DNA of 64,000 bases, taken from positions 4,320,001 to 4,384,000 of the forward strand of contig OZ223209.1 in the NCBI GenBank assembly GCA_965140415.1, written 5' to 3'. Every line of letters starts with the position of its first letter. The stretch's first letter is position 1. A model generated the notes under the pieces. The model worked only from the letters and a program-made list of their open reading frames with translations. It did not search any database and had not been told where the DNA came from. Origin of the DNA: Myxococcota bacterium. Its GTDB lineage: Bacteria > Myxococcota_A > SURF-8. Both the position numbers and the translations under genes were made by a program. Positions 55,624 to 64,000 of this stretch are shown piece by piece.

Positions 55624-57689
55624 GATTGTTCCTCCAGTTCAAAGAACGAGCGAACATCAGGCAGATCCAAATCGACCTCGACTCCAAACAACTCGTAACG
55701 ATAGGGTTCAAATGAAATGCTGAAACCGAGCCGACTGCGTAGCGCCTCGATATAATCGATTCGCTTGGGTCGTTCAAGCTGCTGCATGGCATCATAGCGT
55801 TTGCGATTATACCATTCGTAATCAAAGTTCAATCGCTGCCTGGCGCGCAAACGCGAAAAGACTCCCTTGGGTTGTTGCACCTTTGTAATGCCGCAAGAAC
55901 TATAAAGGGAAACCTCCTTGGAGGCTTCGAGGCAATCGTCTGGTAACGGCAGATAGCGCCCCCATCCTCCCATTCGTTCCACCAATACGCGCTCGCCGGG
56001 AATGGTGGTCGGGTTGACTTCCGCCAGCCGTTCCGGGTGAGCCCGATGCGCAAAGCCATAAACCCGTCCGCGCGTATGCACGGTGTCGGAACGCATGTTG
56101 GGTCGCAGATGGCGAAACTCGTGCAATAATCTCCAAAGTTTGCGCCGAAAGCGCTCGCCTCGCTGCACTTTCAGCTTCCCATTTTTCACCGTGGCATACA
56201 AACCGGCGTCTGTTCTGGTCAAGCTGGCCATGATCCGCACCGCCTCGACGGCAGAGACTCCCTCTGGCAGCGCAACTTGAAATCGCTTTCCCCAATCCGT
56301 CTTTTCAGCCAAAGAGAATATCCGGTCCCGCAAATCTGTAAGAACGGGATCGATCCCGATTCGAATTTCTTCCAGTAACCCGGCAATCCGTTCCGTCTCT
56401 CCCGCTTCCTCACGAGCAACCAGGCGTTTGACCAAAGCCTGAACGAGTTTTACTTTTACCGCCTCGCTGTTTTCACCCTCCAAATCAAGAACCAGCCGCG
56501 CACATTCCTGCTGTGCAATCATGCGCACGACATCATTGGTGTCGCGACTCGCCCACCATCCCAAATAAGCAACCGCTTCATTCGCCTGACTATCGCCGGC
56601 GTTGATTTGGCGCAACAGGCGAGAAATCGTCTCTGCCAGGCGCGCGCGAATCGTGTACACCGAATCCGTCCTGGCGTTTTCCGCCTCGGCGATTTGCAGC
56701 AAGATTTCCAACCCGCCAATCGCCGTAAGCCGATCGCAGGCTTCAACACAAGCCAGTCTGGTATATTCGCTCGCATCGGGACGATCGGCCAACTCGGTCA
56801 ATTCCTTCAAGACCTGCTTTATCGGAACATCCGAATCCGCTAATGCGTGCACCGCATGGGCGCGCAGCAGGTAGCGGTCTCCCGATTCATCACCATCGCG
56901 CAATATGGGTAGCAGGTGCGTAAGAACGGCCTCTGTCCCCAGTCTTCCCATCAGATCGACCAGAGCAACTCGCACCCAGCGATCTTCTTCGACATTATTC
57001 AATAGCGACAGCAGCTCCTCGCCGTGTCGACTGTATATGCGCTGCTGCAACTCCGGCAACAGGTCAAGTATGGCCAGTATCACTCTCACCGCCGCCCTGC
57101 GAGCCTGTGCCTGACCTTCCCTGTTCAGGTAGTCGATCAGCGATGCGATGGTATTCTGGGCCAGTTCGCTGCCTGAAGGCGAATGAAGCGAATCGACATT
57201 CGCATCGATGGGCCGATATAAGCCTTCCAAAGCTTCCAGCGCCACGATCTGGCGCACCCACAAGGCCCAGCGTCCGATGGTCAGGCGTTCTTCCATCGCT
57301 TCCCAGTCTTCACTGGGAGCACTTTTCTTCCACTTGTCTCCCCACTCCGGCCACAGGTCCGGGCGCTTTCGAATCGTGTCTTCCAGAATGCTGCGACGTT
57401 CTTCTTCATCGGTCGCACGATAATACAACCCACGCCAGCGACGGATATTCTCGTATAATTCCTCTTCTGCCCCATGCCACTGCACCAGCAGACGAAGCAG
57501 CGTCACGTGCAACGCCCGTGCGACCTCCTGCGGTTCCTTTTTGCGCACACCCGCAGGAATCGACAACGTCACGGAAAGATCCTGCGCAACCTGTTCCACC
57601 GCCTCCGGGTTCAAACGCGCAGTGATGGGCCGAATCAGGCGGACCAGTTCCACACTCCAATCGATTTTGCCTCGTGCTTCGGCTACCAT
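55620..57689 (-). CDS. HEAT/ARM-repeat protein coupled to pgsB
   Basis: HEAT-like units (ARRAAVRVI, WVRVALVDLMGRLG, LRAHAVHALA, TRLACVEAC, VVRMIAQQ); 4-bp GTGA overlap with pgsB. Confidence 0.78.
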   Translation of the reverse strand: MVAEARGKIDWSVELVRLIRPITARLNPEAVEQVAQDLSVTLSIPAGVRKKEPQEVARALHVTLLRLLVQWHGAEEELYENIRRWRGLYYRATDEEERRSILEDTIRKRPDLWPEWGDKWKKSAPSEDWEAMEERLTIGRWALWVRQIVALEALEGLYRPIDANVDSLHSPSGSELAQNTIASLIDYLNREGQAQARRAAVRVILAILDLLPELQQRIYSRHGEELLSLLNNVEEDRWVRVALVDLMGRLGTEAVLTHLLPILRDGDESGDRYLLRAHAVHALADSDVPIKQVLKELTELADRPDASEYTRLACVEACDRLTAIGGLEILLQIAEAENARTDSVYTIRARLAETISRLLRQINAGDSQANEAVAYLGWWASRDTNDVVRMIAQQECARLVLDLEGENSEAVKVKLVQALVKRLVAREEAGETERIAGLLEEIRIGIDPVLTDLRDRIFSLAEKTDWGKRFQVALPEGVSAVEAVRIMASLTRTDAGLYATVKNGKLKVQRGERFRRKLWRLLHEFRHLRPNMRSDTVHTRGRVYGFAHRAHPERLAEVNPTTIPGERVLVERMGGWGRYLPLPDDCLEASKEVSLYSSCGITKVQQPKGVFSRLRARQRLNFDYEWYNRKRYDAMQQLERPKRIDYIEALRSRLGFSISFEPYRYELFGVEVDLDLPDVRSFFELEEQS

Positions 57690-60600
57690 TCACTCACCCA
57701 TTCTCGATGCGGATCGATTTGCCAGGCTGCGAAATCTTCGCCCGGCAAGGAGTCGCGCAGGCCCCTGTCCGTTGAAAATGCAAAACCAAGACCGGCAAAA
57801 AATCCGTGCTGGAGGCGATCCGGGTAGAAGTCGTACGAAATCTCCGGGGCAACACGCAACCAGCTAAGCGGCCAGAAATTGTATCGTCCTTCCAGATGCA
57901 CCTGATGCCGGTACAACCAGCCATCCCGATCGGCGTCGTCTGCAAGCGGTTGGAACCCATAATAGATCTCGCCCTGGAATCTGCCGAAAGCGATCTGATC
58001 GCCAATTCGCAACGCGAACCGGTCAGGCGAGTAGAAATCGTCGTTGGTGATGTAGCGCATGGACATAAACAGGCTGTTGTTAATCCAAGGCTGCCATGCC
58101 ATACGCAACCCGGCAAACAATCCGTAAGGATGATCCTTTCCATAGGGAGAGTAGACGTCCTCATCCATGTAATCCGGCACTTTGCGTAAGGTCCAGTCGT
58201 TCAAGCCCTGCCACTTCCAGAACGCACCGATTTCCGGTGTTAAAGAGAAACTGGAATTCGGCTCGAATCTGCGCCCGATACTGCCACTGAGCCGATTACC
58301 GCCAGCCAATCCCGTTTGAGTGTCCTGAACGGCGAACCGATTGGACAAGCTTATCCGCAATTCCGGTCCAGGAGTGATCCAGTATAGCTTTCCTTCAAGC
58401 AGGCTGGTCGGAGCCTCGTCTAACCGGAAGCGGCCCTCCGCCGCCATCGCCAGCCACAGATCCGCCCCTTCGACCCGACGTTTATACCCGAGCCGCGTGG
58501 ACAAATAGTGGTCGACCTCTTTAATCGGGCCGGTTTCATCGCGCAGTTCTCTACGTACACCCACTAAAAACGACAGCGTCCCCATACCGCTGTCATAGGA
58601 CACCGGATAGTCTTCCATCAAACGTAATGGAGTGGTAGTGGAAACCGGCATTGAGGCGGTGGCGGTTTCCGTTTTCTTGGACTTCCGCCGATCTTCCAAA
58701 CGAACTCCCTCGCCGCGATCCGCTTCCCGGGTATACAGTCGCAGTAACGCCGTAGACTGATTGGTCGGCCCAATCACGATGTGATAGTTTTCCGCATCTT
58801 CCAACCATAGTTGACGGCTGCCATCGGACATGATCTGGAACGGCTCTACCGAATTTCCGTTCGTCCGAACCTGCACATCCACGGCAGAAGCGACGCCCGA
58901 TCTTTCAAAGGAATCGACACGCAGAATCGTCGGACCCAACAAATGGAAACTCACCGGGCGCGCCGCGCTTGCACGCACTAACGATGTCTGCACGACCGGC
59001 AATAACCAGTACACATCGCCATCTTGTTGCGTCGGAATCCCTGCGACCTGCCGATCCACACCGAAACGAACGGTCGTTGCCGGAGTGTACAGATGCGAAG
59101 CAGGCCAGTGGTACAACTCAAGAATGTAATCCCCCGCTGTGGCCAAAGGTCTTTTCAACCTGCGCACTTCGCCTCGTTTAAGGTCCACGGTTTCAACGGA
59201 GACGCCATTCAACAACATCTCTATACGACAGGCTACAGGCGCATCGTGTACGGGCGGCGAAAACTGATAGCAACCGACCTCCATTACGGCGTTGGCGGAC
59301 CCATCCACCGGAAGATGCACGGAGATCGAAGAACCGGGTAACAGCATTTCCGCTGCGCCAACCTCTTCTTTCATACCCAATATCGCTTTCAGTAACGCCA
59401 GGTAGTTTTCATGCGCCTGGGGCAACAGGCGGGCTGCCTCTTCGCTGATGCGTTCCACCCCATCCATGCGCTCCACTCCGGCAAGCGGTTCCCAGTGGGT
59501 CGCCGACCAGAGCAGCGGGAACCACAGCCCCAAAGCGTCCCAATGCGTCTGCTCGTTCCAGCGTGCGGCACGTTGCAACATCGCCCGGAAAGACGATGGA
59601 ACGGGTTCGCCTGCTCCCACTTTTTGTGCGGCTGTTTGTATCCACCACGGTAAACAACCGGTATGCGACACACCTTTGAGCACCAAATCACTACAGGTGA
59701 GCATAGACTGCTCGTTACGCCCCTTTTCTACCTGCTTGACAAAACGTCGCCGCAGTTTCTCGCTCGCCGGACCGTGTCTCTCACCAACATCCACAGTAGC
59801 CGATAACGGAAGCGGTTTCTCGAAAGTAGCCGTACGATTGCAATAGCCGCGATCCAGCCGCTCCCTCAATCCAAGCATGCGCTGCTCGTTTTCCTGAGTT
59901 TTTGACACTTCGGCAGCGGCTCGCATCAGGTCTTCGCGAGCAAATTTCGTGTGCCCCAACCGACACAGGCAATCCGAGCGTTGCAACAACCATTCACCAC
60001 GTTGCTCGTTTTTTTCCGCTGGGAGGGCAGCCAGTTTCTCGCTTAGCGACTGTACCTCTTTCAACCGGCGGAAATAGTCAGACGTGCTTTCCTGCTTCGC
60101 AGTAGCAGTCACCTCCGGTTCGTTAACTCCCTCCAGTGGCCGGGGCATACGCAGCAGCATGCGAACGTGCCAGGCCTGCCGTGCAGCAGGGTCCATCCGC
60201 ACGCGAATGCGCTCGGAGCAATCCCCGGTCTGGAATGAAATGGAAACGGGTTGTGAAACGAAGGCATTGGGGCGGTTTGCCAATGGATAGCGGATACCGC
60301 TCGAACCGGAATTAACCTGTAATTGTACTTCTCTTGCTCCCATGCCCACGGTAAAGGTCACGGCCTCATCGGCGGAAGCAGTCGTGGGCGGGAATGCCTG
60401 GAACAGGGCATAACCACTGTATCCTTCCCTGGGAGCCTCGAAAACTACATCCTCTCCCGGCTTCACTTCCCAGGCCTGCACCAGCTTGGCTCCAGCCACT
60501 TGATCGCTTTGCCGTTCGATCATGCGCACCTGCATCCAGACATCCACGTCGTTGCGAGTCATCACGCGGACGGGCACGGAATCCGCCACCAGCACTCGAT

Positions 60601-62500
60601 GCAATTGAACGGGAGCCGTCGAGGTTAGCCAGACCGGCGTTTCATCGAAACGCAACTGTGCTCGCGCGTCTTTACCGGACGTAATCAGAGTCAAGGATCT
60701 TGCCACATTCGGTGCAAAACGAGAGGAGGTCAGCGTCGGTTGCTCTCCCAAACGCACAAGCGACAATCCTCCCGGCAGCGCATCGCTTTCAGGATATAGG
60801 GAACGCTGCTGGAAAACATACTCGCCGTGGTTGAATTCGTCTGCGGGCGGTTCCAGTTGTTGCCATATCGAATCGAGATACCACAACTCACGTAAAGCAC
60901 TGATCTGCTCCGTGCTTGCTTCTCCCTTTCGTAACGACGGCTCCAGTTGCCAGCCGGGATAGTAATAGCTGAACTGCGTGAAAACATGCTCCACCTGCTC
61001 GCGCCGGAACTGTTCCCCGCGTCGATCTTCCCAGGTCATCGATTCATGCGGCACGTCTACATCAAGCAACTGTAACCCTTGCTCCAATTCGGAAACGGTA
61101 AGAATCTCTCCTTCCGCCGAACAGTGATCCAAACGAAACGCGATCAGCTTCAGTATTTCTTCAGAGAATGCGGATTGATTGATCAAATGGCCATAATGCA
61201 GTTGCGCCACGTCGCATTGACCCAGGCGAATCGCCTGTTCGGTCTTTTCGAAGCAGGAGAACGAATCATGATCGTCGGAATAAAGAGCGTTCAGATTCTC
61301 TTCCCCATGCGCGGCATCTTCAATATGGCGTTTGTGCGTGCCGCTCTGAATGGACCACCAGGAGGCACGGCCACTCAACTCAACATGAAATCGGTGTTCG
61401 CCGGGAGGCACAAACACTTTGATCGTATCCCGCTTACCTAAAACGGCTCCCAAAGGCGAACGCAGTAGCGGAGCTTCTATCATCCATTCGTTTTCCGAAT
61501 ACGGTTCCCGATCCGGATACACCGGAATCGCATGTTCGAAAACGGAATCGCCATCTCGACGGACGCTCAATAAGGTTTCTTCTAAAACAGGCGTCGGCTC
61601 CAGCCTTACTTCCGGGCGGTATCGAATTTGCAATACGGCGGGACCGGTTGCGGTAAACTCGAAGGGCCGCTGCCCTCGGCAATATTGCAGTTCCTGATCC
61701 TCATCTTCCAACAGGTCGAAACATTCTTTGCCCGCCAGCTTTGACAGATCCACCACGTCATAGGCCCATTCCATCATTGGACGCTGACGGCTGACCTCCC
61801 AGATCGCCTGCTGTTGCAGAAACAACCGCACTCGTTCCGGTTTTACCTGTTCTGCCAGACCGCTGAAATGCACCCATTCCGATAAAAACCATAAGCGATC
61901 CGCAAGACTGCTCTGCACGGTCAACGGAGAATTTTCAGGGCGACCGGGTCGTAAGGCCGCCCGTTGCGCCCAATCCTTCAAACCTTCCTCGTAGTGCTCC
62001 CACACATAACTCCCAGAAACGGTACTGGCCATCCCGACCTTTAGCGAGGCATCTTTCCTACTGATCTGCCGACACATGATGGCCGGATCGCCCGGCATGC
62101 GCAAAAAGGCATCCGCCTGCAAAGTCTGTCCGTCTTTTTCCGTCGGGTACCAGGCCACGCCCTGCCCGTCCAGGGAAAGCCGGATATAGGGATTCTCATC
62201 CGAGTCGGCAGCCGGGCTGAAAAGCAGGATGTTACTGGAAGTCGATTCGGCACATAAGTAACGACCGGCTTTGGCTTTATAGGGACGCAGCGCTCTAAGC
62301 GCTTTTCCGCTTGCGGGATCGAGTGTTTCATTCAACGTGAATGTACGAACCGGAGCGACGAGCAACGTGGGGTTCTCTGTTTGAGCAGACAACGGCATCG
62401 CACTGCAAAGCAGCAGCCAATTAACTGCAAGACAAATTGTCCACCAAAGTCGTTTCACGTTATACGCCACCTTTGTCCCTAGCGTCCTGCCGATTTCCAA
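57683..62500 (-). CDS. 1605-aa exported protein with probable C-terminal outer-membrane beta-barrel
   Basis: Signal-like N-terminus (NWLLLCSAMPLSA); TPR-like middle segment; the last about 290 aa are alternating aromatic beta-strands (EGRYNFW, PEISYDFY, FFAGLGFAF); overlaps the next gene by 7 bp. Confidence 0.7.
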   Translation of the reverse strand: MEIGRTLGTKVAYNVKRLWWTICLAVNWLLLCSAMPLSAQTENPTLLVAPVRTFTLNETLDPASGKALRALRPYKAKAGRYLCAESTSSNILLFSPAADSDENPYIRLSLDGQGVAWYPTEKDGQTLQADAFLRMPGDPAIMCRQISRKDASLKVGMASTVSGSYVWEHYEEGLKDWAQRAALRPGRPENSPLTVQSSLADRLWFLSEWVHFSGLAEQVKPERVRLFLQQQAIWEVSRQRPMMEWAYDVVDLSKLAGKECFDLLEDEDQELQYCRGQRPFEFTATGPAVLQIRYRPEVRLEPTPVLEETLLSVRRDGDSVFEHAIPVYPDREPYSENEWMIEAPLLRSPLGAVLGKRDTIKVFVPPGEHRFHVELSGRASWWSIQSGTHKRHIEDAAHGEENLNALYSDDHDSFSCFEKTEQAIRLGQCDVAQLHYGHLINQSAFSEEILKLIAFRLDHCSAEGEILTVSELEQGLQLLDVDVPHESMTWEDRRGEQFRREQVEHVFTQFSYYYPGWQLEPSLRKGEASTEQISALRELWYLDSIWQQLEPPADEFNHGEYVFQQRSLYPESDALPGGLSLVRLGEQPTLTSSRFAPNVARSLTLITSGKDARAQLRFDETPVWLTSTAPVQLHRVLVADSVPVRVMTRNDVDVWMQVRMIERQSDQVAGAKLVQAWEVKPGEDVVFEAPREGYSGYALFQAFPPTTASADEAVTFTVGMGAREVQLQVNSGSSGIRYPLANRPNAFVSQPVSISFQTGDCSERIRVRMDPAARQAWHVRMLLRMPRPLEGVNEPEVTATAKQESTSDYFRRLKEVQSLSEKLAALPAEKNEQRGEWLLQRSDCLCRLGHTKFAREDLMRAAAEVSKTQENEQRMLGLRERLDRGYCNRTATFEKPLPLSATVDVGERHGPASEKLRRRFVKQVEKGRNEQSMLTCSDLVLKGVSHTGCLPWWIQTAAQKVGAGEPVPSSFRAMLQRAARWNEQTHWDALGLWFPLLWSATHWEPLAGVERMDGVERISEEAARLLPQAHENYLALLKAILGMKEEVGAAEMLLPGSSISVHLPVDGSANAVMEVGCYQFSPPVHDAPVACRIEMLLNGVSVETVDLKRGEVRRLKRPLATAGDYILELYHWPASHLYTPATTVRFGVDRQVAGIPTQQDGDVYWLLPVVQTSLVRASAARPVSFHLLGPTILRVDSFERSGVASAVDVQVRTNGNSVEPFQIMSDGSRQLWLEDAENYHIVIGPTNQSTALLRLYTREADRGEGVRLEDRRKSKKTETATASMPVSTTTPLRLMEDYPVSYDSGMGTLSFLVGVRRELRDETGPIKEVDHYLSTRLGYKRRVEGADLWLAMAAEGRFRLDEAPTSLLEGKLYWITPGPELRISLSNRFAVQDTQTGLAGGNRLSGSIGRRFEPNSSFSLTPEIGAFWKWQGLNDWTLRKVPDYMDEDVYSPYGKDHPYGLFAGLRMAWQPWINNSLFMSMRYITNDDFYSPDRFALRIGDQIAFGRFQGEIYYGFQPLADDADRDGWLYRHQVHLEGRYNFWPLSWLRVAPEISYDFYPDRLQHGFFAGLGFAFSTDRGLRDSLPGEDFAAWQIDPHREWVSEW

Positions 62501-64000
62501 ATCATGTATCCCTGTCCGACTTTCGGTTTCTCGACGGACGCGAATGCACGAACCCAGACTTCCCCCTGCCCTTTCAGCGTCAGGCGCAGCTGATGTCCGC
62601 CTGCCGCCGCTTCTTCAAACAGCGTCATCATAAATACTTCCGGCTGGCGAACCGTTTGCGAACGGGCGGCATCCAACACGGCGGAACTGGTCGGAGCGAT
62701 CATCAACTCCAACTCCTTATTGGCCGGTGTCACACCGGTCGAAATCGCCCAGCTTTTCAAGCGCGGTGCTCCCCGATCCAGTAAGCCGCTTAAGCGGGTT
62801 GCGCTGCGTTTTTTACCCACGCCATACGCCAGTACATTAATCGTTCGTTTGCCGCGCCCGGAATGCGAAACCGGAAGCAACATGGAACCGTCTTTTTGCA
62901 ACCGGCAAACCGTGCGCATCGCAAAAACATCCGCCCACGGAGCCTGCTTGACCGGCAGGTTGATCCAGTAACGCCCACCCTGTGAAGGTGCATGGAGCAG
63001 AACCTGATGTTCCCCACTTGCAACACGTTCGCTTAGTTCACCAACGACCATTCGAGCAGGACCGCCGGTTACCTTCTTGGTTTCCCATGTCAGACTAACC
63101 AGTTCTCCCAGTCGTTCGGAATTCCCCAGATCGTAACGCAGCATTACAGGACGCCCCAGGTAATCCTCCGGCACCGTCACATCGTAGTTCTGGCCCGGTC
63201 GAATTTCGGTGAACGTTCCATAACTCCAGGGCATCTCCCGCTCGGCTGGATCTTTTAAAGGCTCCAGCAACCCGGAACAGGTGGGAGTCCCCTGCGGTTG
63301 CAGCACTTCGTAGAAATTCGTCAACGATTCCTCGCCCGGCACAGGCAGATCCAATCGAGGCTGGGCGGCAATCCGCACCCTGCGCCCTTGTTTTATAAGA
63401 CGCTTTTCAGCCAGCGGCGGAACCGCCATCCAGCGGGAACGCGCGAAACTCTCGTTGCGCCAGCGATACGGTTCAACGTTTACAGCATACGCTTCGTCGA
63501 GTTGTTCCTCGCAATACAGACAACTTGGAGTCTGCACGATCACATCCACCGTTTCGGGCGAAGAAAGTCGCAGGGTATACTGACCTTCGGGAAAACGCAG
63601 AAAGCCCACCTGGGCATCACCGACAACCTGCGGGCTGGCCGGGTCCATGTCCGGATAGGATTCAAGCGCAGAAGGCAATGTAGTCGCCTGCATCTCGCCC
63701 GCGTACTTGACCTCTCCCTGCTGATCCACAACCTCGACCCCGATTGTGAACTGCGTTTCGCCTTTCTCCTCCGGCGTCATGGCCAGATAAGCCAACAGGC
63801 GCACGCTATCTCCTCTTCGTTGACCCGCATACAGTGGATACTCAACCGGCGACTGGCCAGGCAGAATGCGCGTAGCGGTAAAAGTTCTTGCCTTCGGTTG
63901 AATCAACGAAGCCGAATCTCCCACCAGTGGAGACGGCAACCACGTGACCTCTCCCAATACCGAGTCTCTCTCCCCCTTTTCCAATAGAGGCGCGATCGAC
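62479..64000 (-). CDS. Hypothetical beta-rich protein of the pgsB operon, 5'-truncated by window edge
   Basis: Frame stays open to the window end; at least 506 aa; overlaps the start region of the 1605-aa gene. Confidence 0.75.
   Translation of the reverse strand, partial: SIAPLLEKGERDSVLGEVTWLPSPLVGDSASLIQPKARTFTATRILPGQSPVEYPLYAGQRRGDSVRLLAYLAMTPEEKGETQFTIGVEVVDQQGEVKYAGEMQATTLPSALESYPDMDPASPQVVGDAQVGFLRFPEGQYTLRLSSPETVDVIVQTPSCLYCEEQLDEAYAVNVEPYRWRNESFARSRWMAVPPLAEKRLIKQGRRVRIAAQPRLDLPVPGEESLTNFYEVLQPQGTPTCSGLLEPLKDPAEREMPWSYGTFTEIRPGQNYDVTVPEDYLGRPVMLRYDLGNSERLGELVSLTWETKKVTGGPARMVVGELSERVASGEHQVLLHAPSQGGRYWINLPVKQAPWADVFAMRTVCRLQKDGSMLLPVSHSGRGKRTINVLAYGVGKKRSATRLSGLLDRGAPRLKSWAISTGVTPANKELELMIAPTSSAVLDAARSQTVRQPEVFMMTLFEEAAAGGHQLRLTLKGQGEVWVRAFASVEKPKVGQGYMIWKSAGR

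Noticed and set aside
1-64000. rRNA, tRNA, tmRNA, CRISPR arrays, integrases/transposases, prophage genes
   Set aside because: None recognised by inspection of the intergenic regions and ORFs. A covariance-model scan would be needed to exclude small RNAs fully.

Overview
Gene-dense 64 kb chromosomal segment of a diderm bacterium. The gene content points to a deltaproteobacterial/Myxococcota-like lineage: cinA-recA-pilT-recX-alaS order, MYXO-CTERM-like tails and Cys-rich lipoproteins. I could not support any rRNA, tRNA, CRISPR array, prophage or intact transposase. Housekeeping genes occupy 1-11 kb and the rest is mostly envelope or secreted proteins. Main candidates for undescribed biology: (1) 17982-32822, a GspE/PilB-type ATPase with a signal peptide and TM anchor, followed by an AsmA/YdbH-like protein, a YdbL-like lipoprotein and a 2834-aa lipoprotein (TolB-like propeller, TPRs, a degenerate CHAT and an intact caspase-like CHAT domain). 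(2) 53395-64000, a coupled operon with a PgsB/CapB poly-gamma-glutamate synthetase, a HEAT-repeat partner and a 1605-aa candidate outer-membrane export protein; it runs off the window. (3) 41560-44083, a cytochrome c lipoprotein / beta-barrel / Tat-Rieske / His-bearing membrane protein cassette that looks like a minimal trans-envelope redox chain. (4) An Asp-Gly-Asp (DGD) repeat in nine exported proteins, with copies near the predicted membrane anchor in each. Also found: a 52-aa ORF missed by the ORF track, a probable catalytically dead LysA-like protein, and a REP doublet plus a MITE-like element at 48.1-48.6 kb. All family assignments come from motif recognition by eye, not database searches.
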